From positions 177,637-241,636 of the forward strand of contig CAWCEC010000004.1 of the NCBI GenBank assembly GCA_963794525.1: a stretch of 64,000 bases of DNA, in the 5' to 3' direction. The translations under genes and the position numbers were made by a program. The first letter of the stretch is position 1. Every line of letters starts with the position of its first letter. The notes below the pieces were generated by a model, which saw nothing but the letters and a program-made list of their open reading frames with translations, had not been told where the DNA came from and did not search any database. This document shows, one piece after another, positions 49,097-58,496 of the stretch. The stretch is from an uncultured Chloroflexia bacterium (GTDB taxonomy: Bacteria; Chloroflexota; Limnocylindria; Limnocylindrales; CSP1-4).

Positions 49097-50007
49097 CCGA
49101 CCAGTCGACCGCCACCGACCAGCACCTCGTCATCCGCGGCCTGCGCGTCGCTCCCCTCGGAAAGCCGGAACAGGAGATCCTGCAGGGGATCGACCTGACC
49201 GTCGGCAAGGGCGAGGTCCACGCGATCATGGGCCCCAACGGCTCCGGCAAGACGACGCTCGCGTACGCGCTGATGGGGCATCCCGCCTACGTCGTGACCG
49301 GAGGCCAGGTCGTCTGGAAGGGCCGCGACATCCTGAAGCTGTCACCCGACAAGCGGGCGCGGCTCGGGTTGTTCCTGGCATTCCAGTACCCGACCGCCAT
49401 CCCCGGGCTGTCGGTCGCGTCGTTCATCCGGAGCGCGCTCAACGCCAAGCTCCAGGGCATCGACAAGAGCGACGACATCGACCCGACCGATCCGGTCAAG
49501 GGCGGCGTCTCGATGCGCGACTTCCGCACCAAGATGCGCGAGAAGATGGCCCTCCTGCGCATGGACGAAGGCTTCGCCTCGCGCTACGTCAACGAGGGCT
49601 TCTCGGGCGGCGAGAAGAAGCGGCTCGAGATGCTGCAGATGGCGGTCATCGAACCCGAGATGGCGATCCTCGACGAAACCGACTCGGGGCTCGACATCGA
49701 CGCGCTGCGGATCGTCGCCGAGGGTGTCAACGCGATGCTCAACCCTGAGCTCGGCGTGCTGCTGATCACGCACTACCAGCGCCTGCTCAATCACATCAAG
49801 CCGGACGTCGTCCACGTGCTCGCCCAGGGCCGCATCGTGAAGAGCGGCGGCCGGGAGCTGGCGCTCCAGCTCGAGGACGAGGGCTACGGCCCGATCCTCC
49901 GCGAGGCCGGCCTCGAGACGACCGTGCCGGACGATGCTCTCAAGGTGCCCAAGGGCCCCGAGCTCGATGCCGAGCTCGACCGCGAGCCCGTGGAGGCCGC
50001 CCGCTAG
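49093..50007 (+). CDS. sufC: Fe-S cluster assembly ATPase SufC
   Basis: MGPNGSGKTT, LAFQYP, VNEGFSGGEKKR, LDETDSGLDIDAL, LITHY. Confidence 0.95.
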   Translation: MTDQSTATDQHLVIRGLRVAPLGKPEQEILQGIDLTVGKGEVHAIMGPNGSGKTTLAYALMGHPAYVVTGGQVVWKGRDILKLSPDKRARLGLFLAFQYPTAIPGLSVASFIRSALNAKLQGIDKSDDIDPTDPVKGGVSMRDFRTKMREKMALLRMDEGFASRYVNEGFSGGEKKRLEMLQMAVIEPEMAILDETDSGLDIDALRIVAEGVNAMLNPELGVLLITHYQRLLNHIKPDVVHVLAQGRIVKSGGRELALQLEDEGYGPILREAGLETTVPDDALKVPKGPELDAELDREPVEAAR

Positions 50008-50019
50008 CCGGGCGCCACC

Positions 50020-51276
50020 ATGGCCATCGAGGCGTCCGACCGACCAGCCCTCGACCCCGTCGCGCTGCGGCGCGACTTCCCGATCCTCGGTCAGGAGATC
50101 AACGGGCATCCGCTGACCTACCTCGACTCGGCGTCGAGCAGCCAGAAGCCGAGCGTCGTCATCGATGCCGTGTCCGACTACTACCGCGAGTACAACGCCA
50201 ACGTCCACCGCGGCATCTACACGATCGGCGAGAAGGCGACGGCCGCGTACGAGCGCGCGCGTGCGACGGTCGGGCGGTTCATCAATGCGCCCGATAGCCA
50301 CGAGATCGTGTTCACTCGCAACGCGACCGAGGCGATCAACCTCGTCGCGTACTCGTGGGGTCGCCGCAACATCGCGCGCGGCGACGCGATCGTCCTGACC
50401 GAGATGGAGCATCACGCCAACCTCGTGCCGTGGCAGCTCCTCGTCCAGGAGCAGGACGGCGATCTCGAGTTCATCCCGATCACCGACGACGGTGAGCTGC
50501 GGCTCGACGTCTTCGAGGTGCTGCTGCGGTTGCGTCCGAAGCTGGTCGCGTTCACCCAGGTGTCGAACACGCTCGGGACGATCAATCCGGTGCGCGAGAT
50601 GGTCGACATGGCGCATGCGGCCGGCGCGCTCGTGCTGGTCGATGGGGCGCAGGCGGTGCCGCACGTGCCGGTCGACGTCCAGGCGCTCGACTGCGACTTC
50701 TACGCGTTCAGCGGCCACAAGATGCTCGCCCCGATGGGTTCGGGAGCGCTGTGGGCGCGGCGCGAGCTGCTCGAATCGATGCCGCCATTCCTCGCCGGTG
50801 GCGAGATGATCCGCGAGGTCCACCTCCGGCGTAGCGAGTTCAACGACATCCCCTGGAAGTTCGAGGCGGGGACGCCGGCCGTGGGCGACGCGATCGGGCT
50901 GGGTGTCGCAGCCGAGTACCTGATGGGCATCGGCATGGAGGCCGTCCGCGAGCACGAGCGGGAGCTGGTGCGGTACGCGCTGGAGGTGCTGCCCCGCGAG
51001 GTGCCGCAGATCGAGCTGTACGGCCCGTTGGATCCCGACCGGCGCGGTGGCGTCGTGCCGTTCAACCTGCCGGGCATCCACCCGCACGATGTCGCCCAGG
51101 TGCTGGACCGCTACGGCATCGCGATCCGTGCCGGTCACCACTGCACGATGCCGCTGCACGAGCGGATGGATCTCGCGGCCACGGCCCGCGCCAGTTTCAG
51201 TGTCTACACCACGACCGACGACATCGACAAACTGGCCGCGGGCCTTCGCGAGGTGGCGCGGATCTTCGATCGCTAG
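50020..51276 (+). CDS. sufS: Cysteine desulfurase SufS (group II)
   Basis: YLDSASSSQKP, ANVHRG, EHHAN, DGAQ, SGHKM, FEAGTP, RAGHHC. Confidence 0.95.
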   Translation: MAIEASDRPALDPVALRRDFPILGQEINGHPLTYLDSASSSQKPSVVIDAVSDYYREYNANVHRGIYTIGEKATAAYERARATVGRFINAPDSHEIVFTRNATEAINLVAYSWGRRNIARGDAIVLTEMEHHANLVPWQLLVQEQDGDLEFIPITDDGELRLDVFEVLLRLRPKLVAFTQVSNTLGTINPVREMVDMAHAAGALVLVDGAQAVPHVPVDVQALDCDFYAFSGHKMLAPMGSGALWARRELLESMPPFLAGGEMIREVHLRRSEFNDIPWKFEAGTPAVGDAIGLGVAAEYLMGIGMEAVREHERELVRYALEVLPREVPQIELYGPLDPDRRGGVVPFNLPGIHPHDVAQVLDRYGIAIRAGHHCTMPLHERMDLAATARASFSVYTTTDDIDKLAAGLREVARIFDR

Positions 51277-51289
51277 CCGACTCGCCGGG

Positions 51290-52654
51290 CTAGTGGATGC
51301 GCACGCCCTGGCGGCTAAGTTCGGCCTGGATCTGGCCCACCTCGAGGCGATCGAACGGCTGATCGAGCCGTAGCGACACCGCGGCGGCCACGCCCGCGCC
51401 CTGGCCGCTGACCGTGCAGCACATCATGTTGCGCACCGACGCGTGCGAGATCTTGTCGCCGCCGATCGAGCGCCCGGCCACGATCAGGTTGCCGACTCCC
51501 TTCGGCACGAGCGAGCGGTACGGGACCTGGAAGTAGCGCCCCGTCGTCGGCAGGATCAGCACCCCGTAGCCATCGATGAACTCGGGGAAGATGCCGATCG
51601 CGTCGTCGAACCGGCCTTGCTCGCGGACGTCGGCGGCGGTCAAGTCGTAGAGCAATTCGATCTTGCGCGTATCGCGAATACCGATGGTCATCCCGAAGTT
51701 ACGCAGCGTCGCGTCCTCGCAGCCGGGCATGAAGGCGCGCAGTGCGTCGATCGCCTGCATCGCCTGCGCCCGTCCCTCGATCTCACCGCGGGTGAGGTCG
51801 TCGGCACTCGTGCCGTCGATCCCGGCGAGGTGGATCAGGTTGAGGTACGTGAGGTCGCCCTGGTCGCTGATCGTGCCCCACGTGCCGGCGAGCGTGATGA
51901 GGTTCTTGGGGATGAGGCCTGCCGCGACCGCCTGCTTGAACGGCTTGCGCAGGAACGGCGAGAAGAGCTCGTCCTCCTTGCCGGTCGTCTCGATGTCCCA
52001 CTCGGCGTTGCCCGCCCAATCGCGATAGGTCTGCGGATCGGCCTTCACGGCGTCGAGGAATCGTCCCTTGTTCACGCCGGTCATCGAGAACATCACCGAC
52101 GCGGCGAGCATCTCCTCGGGCGGCGTCGTGTGGAACGGGGCACCGGCGCGAGCCGCGACGTCGGCGTCACCTGTGGCGTCGACCACGCGCTTCGCGAGGA
52201 CGGCCTCGCGCCCCGACTTGCTCTCTGTGATGACGCCGCGGACCGCACCGTCCTCGACGATGGGTGCGACTGCCAGACGGTGGAGCATCGGCGTGATGCC
52301 GGCCTCGGCGACAAGGACGTCGGCCACGTACTTGAACCGCTCGCCGTTGATGCCCATCGACAGCGACTGGCTCTCCGGGCTCGCCGCGCCCATCGCAGCG
52401 GCCCGCTCCTCCAGCTCGCGCCCGATGCCATCGCCCTCGACCGTCCCCTCGTGGCGGTACCAGCCGATGCTCTCGACGCCGACCTGGGTCATGTTCCCGC
52501 CGAAACAGCCGTACCGGTCGAGCAGCGTCGTGCGCGCGCCGGCCCGCGCCGACGCCAGCGCTGCCGAGAGACCGCCGGGACCGCTGCCGACGACGAGGAC
52601 GTCGGTCTCGTGGACGGCGTCGACCTCGCGGGCCGGCTCCAGGATCCGGGTCAC
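51290..52654 (-). CDS. FAD-dependent oxidoreductase (PF12831-like)
   Basis: DVLVVGSGPGG, GCFGG, VVDATGDAD, GIRDTR, YRSLVP, LIVAGR. Confidence 0.88.
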   Translation of the reverse strand: MTRILEPAREVDAVHETDVLVVGSGPGGLSAALASARAGARTTLLDRYGCFGGNMTQVGVESIGWYRHEGTVEGDGIGRELEERAAAMGAASPESQSLSMGINGERFKYVADVLVAEAGITPMLHRLAVAPIVEDGAVRGVITESKSGREAVLAKRVVDATGDADVAARAGAPFHTTPPEEMLAASVMFSMTGVNKGRFLDAVKADPQTYRDWAGNAEWDIETTGKEDELFSPFLRKPFKQAVAAGLIPKNLITLAGTWGTISDQGDLTYLNLIHLAGIDGTSADDLTRGEIEGRAQAMQAIDALRAFMPGCEDATLRNFGMTIGIRDTRKIELLYDLTAADVREQGRFDDAIGIFPEFIDGYGVLILPTTGRYFQVPYRSLVPKGVGNLIVAGRSIGGDKISHASVRNMMCCTVSGQGAGVAAAVSLRLDQPFDRLEVGQIQAELSRQGVRIH

Positions 52655-53778
52655 GACGCCTCGGGGACGGGCTCGGTAGCGGCGGCCGCCGCCGCCGAGT
52701 CGGGGGCAGCGGGCACCGCGAATACCGGCGACGGCGCGAACGTGACCGCGACGACCGTGCCCGGCGTCAGCCCGCCGGCCTCCTCGACGTCCGTCTGGAC
52801 ACCGACGAGCTCGCCGGTCGGGAGCTCCACCTGGACTCGGCTGACCGAGCCGAGGAAGCTCACCGCGAGGACCCTCGCGGATCCGGTCGCGTCGGGGGCG
52901 AGGCGGATGGCCTCCGGCCGGACGAGCGCGATCACTGGTCCCGCGCTGGTGGAACCCTCGAGGAGCGGTACCCGCTGGCCGATGAGGTCGACGGCACCAT
53001 CGCGGGCGACACCGCGGATCCGGTTCGTGAGCCCGACGAACTCGGCGACGAACGCGGTCCGCGGGCGGTCGTAGAGCTCGGACGGCGGCGCGATCTGCTC
53101 CAGGTGTCCGGCCGACATCACGCCCACGCGGTCGCCGAGGGCGAGTGCCTCCTCCTGGTCGTGGGTCACGAACAACGTGGTCGTGCCGACCGCGATCTGG
53201 ATGCGCCGGATCTCCTCGCGGAGCTGGCGGCGGACCTTCGCATCGAGCGCCGAGAGCGGCTCGTCAAGGAGCAGCACCTTGGGGCTGATCGCGAGTGCCC
53301 GCGCCAGCGCGATCCGTTGCTGCTGGCCGCCGGACAGCTGGTACGGATAGCGCCCGCCCTGGGCGAGCAGGCCGACGAGCTCGAGCATCTCGTCCGCTCG
53401 CCGTCGCCGCTTCGGGCCGTCCATCCCGCGCAGCCGCAGGCCGTACGCGACATTGTCCCGGGCGGTCATATTCGGGAACAGGCTGTACGCCTGGAACACC
53501 ATCCCCATGTCGCGGCGGTTGGCCGGCACGTGCGTGATGTCCTTGCCATCGACGAGGATCCGGCCGCTGTCCGACTCGTCGAGACCGGCCAGGGCGCGCA
53601 GCGCGGTCGTCTTGCCGCAGCCCGACGGGCCGAGGAGGGCGACCAGCTCGCCCGGTGCGAGTTCCAGGGTGAGACCGTCGAGCGCGCGGACCGCTCCATA
53701 GGCACGATGGAGCCCTAGAAGCTGGACGGCGACGCCCGCCCGGGTGCCGGCCGCGGGCGCGGCGGGTGCGGTGGTCAC
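52651..53778 (-). CDS. ABC transporter ATP-binding protein (PotA/FbpC-like)
   Basis: GPSGCGKTT, LSGGQQQR, LLLDEP, VTHDQEEA, TOBE-like C-terminus. Confidence 0.93.
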   Translation of the reverse strand: MTTAPAAPAAGTRAGVAVQLLGLHRAYGAVRALDGLTLELAPGELVALLGPSGCGKTTALRALAGLDESDSGRILVDGKDITHVPANRRDMGMVFQAYSLFPNMTARDNVAYGLRLRGMDGPKRRRRADEMLELVGLLAQGGRYPYQLSGGQQQRIALARALAISPKVLLLDEPLSALDAKVRRQLREEIRRIQIAVGTTTLFVTHDQEEALALGDRVGVMSAGHLEQIAPPSELYDRPRTAFVAEFVGLTNRIRGVARDGAVDLIGQRVPLLEGSTSAGPVIALVRPEAIRLAPDATGSARVLAVSFLGSVSRVQVELPTGELVGVQTDVEEAGGLTPGTVVAVTFAPSPVFAVPAAPDSAAAAAATEPVPEAS

Positions 53779-54590
53779 GGTGCAAGCACCTCCGTGAGGG
53801 GTTCTTCAGCGGCGCGCCGTCGCTCCGAGCCGACGACGGCGATCCCGAGGACGAGCACGAACGCGAACAGCAGCGCGGCCAGGGATACCGCCACGGCGAC
53901 GAAGGAGTCCCGCTTGCCGAGCAGGTTGATCACCACCTGGAGCGTGTCGTAGTTGAGCAGCGACGAGATCGTGAACTCGCCCAGCACCAGCGCGACGGAG
54001 ATCACCGCGGCGGACAGGATCGCGCCGCGCAGGTTGGGCGCGATGATCTGGAAGATCACCCGTGGCCAGCTCGCCCCGAGGCTCCGCGCGGCCTCGGCGA
54101 GGGTCGGGACGTCGATCGACTTCATGCCCGCATCGATCGCCCGGTGCGCGTACGGCAGCACGAGGATGAGGTCGATGAATGCCAGGGTCAGTGGGTTGCC
54201 GCGCGTGGCGCGGCTCAGGATCGAGTAGATCGGCACGATCCCAACGACCAGCACCACGGCGGGGATCGCCAGTGGCAGCAGGCACAGGAACTCGACGGGT
54301 CGCTTCAACTTGGGGAGGCGGATATACGTCCACGCCATCGTCGGCACGAGCAGGAGGACCATCCCGACCGCGGTGAGCGCGGCGATCGCGATCGTCACGA
54401 TGATCGCCTCGACGAGGTTCGGGTCGTCGGCGATCGCGATCCATGCATCGAGTGAGCGCGCCCCGAAGTCGCCCCGTGTCGAGAACTCGGCCATGGCGAC
54501 GAGCGGCAGCAGCAGATACCCGCCGACCAGGACGAGCAGCGCCCAGCGGGCGACGGTATGCCCGAGCGGCTTGCGTCTCACCGCAGCCAC
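53775..54590 (-). CDS. ABC transporter permease
   Basis: EAARSLGA loop; 6 transmembrane segments. Confidence 0.9.
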   Translation of the reverse strand: MAAVRRKPLGHTVARWALLVLVGGYLLLPLVAMAEFSTRGDFGARSLDAWIAIADDPNLVEAIIVTIAIAALTAVGMVLLLVPTMAWTYIRLPKLKRPVEFLCLLPLAIPAVVLVVGIVPIYSILSRATRGNPLTLAFIDLILVLPYAHRAIDAGMKSIDVPTLAEAARSLGASWPRVIFQIIAPNLRGAILSAAVISVALVLGEFTISSLLNYDTLQVVINLLGKRDSFVAVAVSLAALLFAFVLVLGIAVVGSERRRAAEEPLTEVLAP

Positions 54591-55501
54591 CGGCCGGCTC
54601 GGCGCTGGACCAACGCGTACAACCCCATCACGACGACGACGACGACGATCATGCCGAGGGCGAGCGCCTTGCCGATGTTCTCCTGTCCCAGCGCGACCTC
54701 GCTCGTCAGCGCCTCACGGATCTGGAGCGGCACGATCGGGCTGCCCTGGCTCACCAGGGCCGCGGCGGTCGCGTAGGCCGAGAACGCATTCGCGAACAGG
54801 AGCAGGACGGCGCCGAGCATGCTCGGGGCGAGGATCGGACCGCCGACGTGCCGCCAGAACGATCCGCTCGAGCCGCCCAGGCTGGCCGACGCGTCGTACC
54901 ACTCCTGGCGCAGCCCGTCGAGCGCGGGCAGGAAGACGATGACCATCAGCGGGATCTGGAAGTAGGTGTAGACGAGCGTCAGCCCGGTCATCCCATAGAG
55001 CCACGTGCTGTCTTCGGTGAGGTCGATGCCGACCGCGTCGCGGAGCGCCATCGTCACCAACCCGTTGAAGCCGAAGGCTGCCAGGAATGCGAAGGCGAGC
55101 ATCACGCCGCCGAACTGCGCCAGCACGCCCGATGCGGCGATCACGAACTGGCGGAGGGCCCCCCCGGGTCCGCCACTCGCGACAGCCCAGGCGAGCAGTC
55201 CACCGAGCACGGCGCCCAGCAGCGCCGTCACCAGCGACAGCTGGATCGAGCGGCCGAATGCCTGGAGGAACCGAGGCTCGGTGAGCACGGTCCGGAGGTT
55301 GTCGTGCGTGAGGCCGCCGCCCTCGGTCTGGAAGGCGCCCGACACGACGATGAGCGTGGGCAGCAGCAGGAACAGCGTGACGTAGCCGAAGAAGGGGAGC
55401 ATCGGGAGATAGACGGTCACCCGGCGGGCGCGCTCGGAGCCGGCCCCGCCCGTGGCGAGGCCGGCTCCCTCTCGATGTCCCGATGCGACGTCGGTCGTCA
55501 T
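54578..55501 (-). CDS. ABC transporter permease
   Basis: YFQIPLM...DASASLGG loop; 6 transmembrane segments. Confidence 0.9.
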   Translation of the reverse strand: MTTDVASGHREGAGLATGGAGSERARRVTVYLPMLPFFGYVTLFLLLPTLIVVSGAFQTEGGGLTHDNLRTVLTEPRFLQAFGRSIQLSLVTALLGAVLGGLLAWAVASGGPGGALRQFVIAASGVLAQFGGVMLAFAFLAAFGFNGLVTMALRDAVGIDLTEDSTWLYGMTGLTLVYTYFQIPLMVIVFLPALDGLRQEWYDASASLGGSSGSFWRHVGGPILAPSMLGAVLLLFANAFSAYATAAALVSQGSPIVPLQIREALTSEVALGQENIGKALALGMIVVVVVVMGLYALVQRRAGRWLR

Positions 55502-55535
55502 CGTCGGATCTGATCCGAGGCGATCCCCGGGGTGG

Positions 55536-56654
55536 CTATGGCAGCTCGATGGCCCAGTTGGCGGTGAGATAGTCGGCCGCCTTGGTCACCTGCTCCTGGG
55601 TCAGCACGGTCGGGGTCCCCTCGGCCTGGGCAAGCTTGCCCAGTGCGTCCTGGTCGATCGTGCCATCGGCGACCATCTTCTCCTGGAGGACCGGCCGAGC
55701 GAAGCCCTTCAGCCACTCGTTCTGAGCCTCCGGCGTGTACAGGAACTCCTGCCACAGGCGGGCGGCCGCGGGATGCGGCGCGTCCTTGTTGATCGCCTGC
55801 AGGTAGTACGCCGCGACCGGGGCTGCGTCGGACGGGACCGACAGCTGCCAGTCGATGCCCTGGCCGGTCAGCTCGCCCGTGAGCGCCGCGTTGTTGTACT
55901 CCCAGTCGATCACGCACGGCGTCTGGCCCGACGTGATCGTCGCCGGGGTGGGGTCGACCGGGAGCAGGTTGCCGGCCGTATTGAGCTGGTTGAAGAACTC
56001 GACGCCGGGCGCGATGTCGTCAGCCGACCCGCCGTTGGCGAGCGACGCCATCACCACGCCATGCATGCCGGCCGCCGCGGTCTTGGGATTGCCGTTGAGC
56101 GCGATCATGCCCTTGTACTCGGGCTTCAGCATGTCCGCCACGGTGGCCGGCGCGGCGACCTTGTTGGCATCGCAGCCGATCGACATGAAGCCGGCGTAGT
56201 CGCTGACCCACAGCCCGGTGGATTCCTTGAGGTTGGCCGGGATGTCCGCCCACGACGCCACCTGGTACGGCGCGAAGACATCGAGGTTCGCGAGGGCGAC
56301 ATTGGCCCCGAGATCGAACACGTCGGGCGCCTTGTCGGTGCCGGCGTTGTTCTTGGCGGCGTCGATCTCCTCCTGGCTGTTGGCGTCGGGCTGCTGCTCG
56401 TCCACCGTGAGCCCGTACTTGGCCTTGAACGCCGCGATGACGCCCTTGTAGTTCGCCCACTCTGGGGGAAGGGCGATGACGTTGAGCTTGCCTTCGGCCT
56501 TGGCGGCCGCGACGAGTGCCTCCATCCCACCGAGGGCGGCGGCGTTGGTCGCCGTCTTGGCGGCGCCGGACCCGCCGGATCCGCCACTACACGCGGCGAC
56601 GACGACGGCGATGGCGGCCACTACGACGATGGCGCCTGATCTCATCCTGGACAT
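55536..56654 (-). CDS. ABC substrate-binding lipoprotein (polyamine/iron/thiamine-type family)
   Basis: Lipobox-like VAAC-SGG, WANY, PDVFD, DWEYN, APHPAAARLWQEF; GAGGAG RBS. Confidence 0.9.
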   Translation of the reverse strand: MSRMRSGAIVVVAAIAVVVAACSGGSGGSGAAKTATNAAALGGMEALVAAAKAEGKLNVIALPPEWANYKGVIAAFKAKYGLTVDEQQPDANSQEEIDAAKNNAGTDKAPDVFDLGANVALANLDVFAPYQVASWADIPANLKESTGLWVSDYAGFMSIGCDANKVAAPATVADMLKPEYKGMIALNGNPKTAAAGMHGVVMASLANGGSADDIAPGVEFFNQLNTAGNLLPVDPTPATITSGQTPCVIDWEYNNAALTGELTGQGIDWQLSVPSDAAPVAAYYLQAINKDAPHPAAARLWQEFLYTPEAQNEWLKGFARPVLQEKMVADGTIDQDALGKLAQAEGTPTVLTQEQVTKAADYLTANWAIELP

Positions 56655-56900
56655 GTCGTGACTCCTCATACAGCGTTCCGCATCCGCCCGATGCCAGTCG
56701 TCTGCACCACGACGCTGTGACCCCGGTCGGGACCTCCACATGCGCATGACGGGCCGCGGGCACGGCTCCAAGCGGACTGGGCGTCATGTCGCCTGCTCGC
56801 TAGGTCGTTGACTCGTCAGCGAGCGCTCGCAACGTAGCAGCGCGCCGTTGCCTCCGCAAGGTCGGCGCGCCAGGGGATACAGGTTGTTAACGCCGGGTTG

Positions 56901-58187
56901 TCAACGACCGGGTGTCAAGGACCGCCAGGTGTCGAGCGCCCATTGCCAGTCGGCGGGATCGTCGAACTCGATCCGGATCGCTGCGCCCGATCCGGTGACG
57001 GCCGAATAGCCCTCGAGGATGCCTATTTCAACGCCGGACGACGCATCGGTCATGAGCCGGGCACGTCCCAGGACACCGCCCAGGTTGTGGGCGATCGCAT
57101 CGGGCCCGAGATCGACCGCGAACTGTTCGATGAAGGCCTGCGCGGTCATCGGGGAACGGTCGGCATTGCCGGTCGCGGTCGCGGCCAGCGTGATGCTCCG
57201 CCCGCCACCGCTGCCCCACCACTCCTCGGCGCTGCGCCGCTCGGCGTATTCGCCGGGCACTTCGAGCGACCAGCCCTCGTGGTTGATCCGGACCGGCTGG
57301 CGACGGTAGCCGATCGGCGGCACGGGCTCCGGCTCCTTGGAGGCGTTGGCCGCGGCCTGGCGGGCCATCGGGTCATCGACCCCGCGGAGCGCCGTCAGCT
57401 CGGTCCACGCATGCCAGGGGTAGGGGAGGTCGGGCTCGATCGGGTACGCCCGCGAGAGCAGTCGATGGACCTCGTCGAACAGATCGGCCTCGCCTTCCAT
57501 CGCCGGCGTCCGCCAGCGGACCTCGAGCCACATCAGCACGAGGGCGCGGTTCATCAGGTACCGGGCATCGGTTGCGTCCGCCCACCACGGGGTGATGTCC
57601 AATGCGACGCGCGGATCGGCGATGGCGGCCTCGAGCCACGCGTTGTCGCGCGGCCCCAGGACGGTCACGAGGGCCTGATCGGTCGCGAACCGGACGCCCG
57701 GCGGCATCCCGAGGGGCACGCCGCGCTCTCCGCGGCCGACCTTCACGCGCGCTCGCGACAGCCGCGGTCCGAGCCAACCGAGGTAGAGGCGCTCGACGTC
57801 GCTGCGGTCGGCGAACGCGGTCGCGCCATCGCCATCGGTCCAGTCGATCCCGATCTCGGTCCCGAGGCGCTCGAGGATCCGACCCACGAAGCGGTGGTAG
57901 CCGGGGCCGACGACCCCGGTGTCGCCGGACGCGGTCACGCGACCGGTGTCCGAGGCGGTCAGGAAGAGCGGCGACGTGGCCGGATGGAGGTCGACCGCGA
58001 GCGCGGTCTCGCCGGACGGCAGGGTCCGCTGGTGGGTCGAGCGCACCGCGTCGGCGTATTCGCCCGTCAGCCAGACCGCGGCATCGGCGAGCAGGCGATC
58101 ACCGGCGGGCAGGCGTGGGATCAGGCCACGTTTCTGCGCCATGCCGCCGAGCGCCACACCGAGAGCGTCCGAGATGTTCGTGGTCAC
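56901..58187 (-). CDS. Hypothetical protein (about 428 aa)
   Basis: Trp-rich globular sequence with GPGYH and IGYRR motifs. The start may be 58187 or 58142; the upstream part of the computed ORF is non-coding-like. Confidence 0.7.
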   Translation of the reverse strand: MTTNISDALGVALGGMAQKRGLIPRLPAGDRLLADAAVWLTGEYADAVRSTHQRTLPSGETALAVDLHPATSPLFLTASDTGRVTASGDTGVVGPGYHRFVGRILERLGTEIGIDWTDGDGATAFADRSDVERLYLGWLGPRLSRARVKVGRGERGVPLGMPPGVRFATDQALVTVLGPRDNAWLEAAIADPRVALDITPWWADATDARYLMNRALVLMWLEVRWRTPAMEGEADLFDEVHRLLSRAYPIEPDLPYPWHAWTELTALRGVDDPMARQAAANASKEPEPVPPIGYRRQPVRINHEGWSLEVPGEYAERRSAEEWWGSGGGRSITLAATATGNADRSPMTAQAFIEQFAVDLGPDAIAHNLGGVLGRARLMTDASSGVEIGILEGYSAVTGSGAAIRIEFDDPADWQWALDTWRSLTPGR

Positions 58188-58323
58188 CGAACCCCGACGA
58201 TATCCCCGAAAACCCGCCACGAGGCCCGCCGGTTGGTACCAGCGGGGGCGGCAAACGGTCCGTTGCGGGGACGCACCTCGGCGTAGCCTCGCGTCTCGGC
58301 GGGAGGGCTTGTGCGCCAAGATC

Positions 58324-58388
58324 CTTCGAAATCGAAGAGTCCCGCGCGCCTTGCGTGGCTCGCTCTTCACGAACCTTCGAAATCGTAG
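58324..58388. promoter_or_regulatory. Pair of palindromes CTTCGA-AA-TCG(A/T)AG, 51 bp apart
   Basis: 58324-58337 is perfect and 58375-58388 has one mismatch; both lie in the divergent gap before sufU. Confidence 0.5.
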
Positions 58389-58441
58389 GAATCGAATGGG
58401 GTCGGGTCTCCCGGCACCGGCGGCGTCGAGCCCCGTGGACC

Positions 58442-58470
58442 CCAATCCCGACCCCGCTGGTCGGGATTGG
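58442..58470. other. 12-bp perfect hairpin upstream of sufU
   Basis: CCAATCCCGACC-CCGCT-GGTCGGGATTGG, followed by a TACACT -10-like hexamer at 58481. Confidence 0.6.
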
Positions 58471-58496
58471 AGCTTCGCGCTACACTCGATGCTCCG

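Noticed and set aside
56655-56880. Possible TPP or other riboswitch upstream of the ABC substrate-binding gene
   Set aside because: Diagnostic TPP motifs (CTGAGA, CCTGA..., ATGC..GCGTAGG) are absent, and only a generic GCTCGCT/AGCGAGC stem is visible.
58250-58286. GGCAAAC...GGACGCA...CCTCGG resembling the c-di-GMP-I riboswitch core
   Set aside because: The P2 stem is poorly paired with no GNRA tetraloop, the AAAGC linker is missing, and I see no tetraloop receptor. An Infernal RF01051 scan would settle it.
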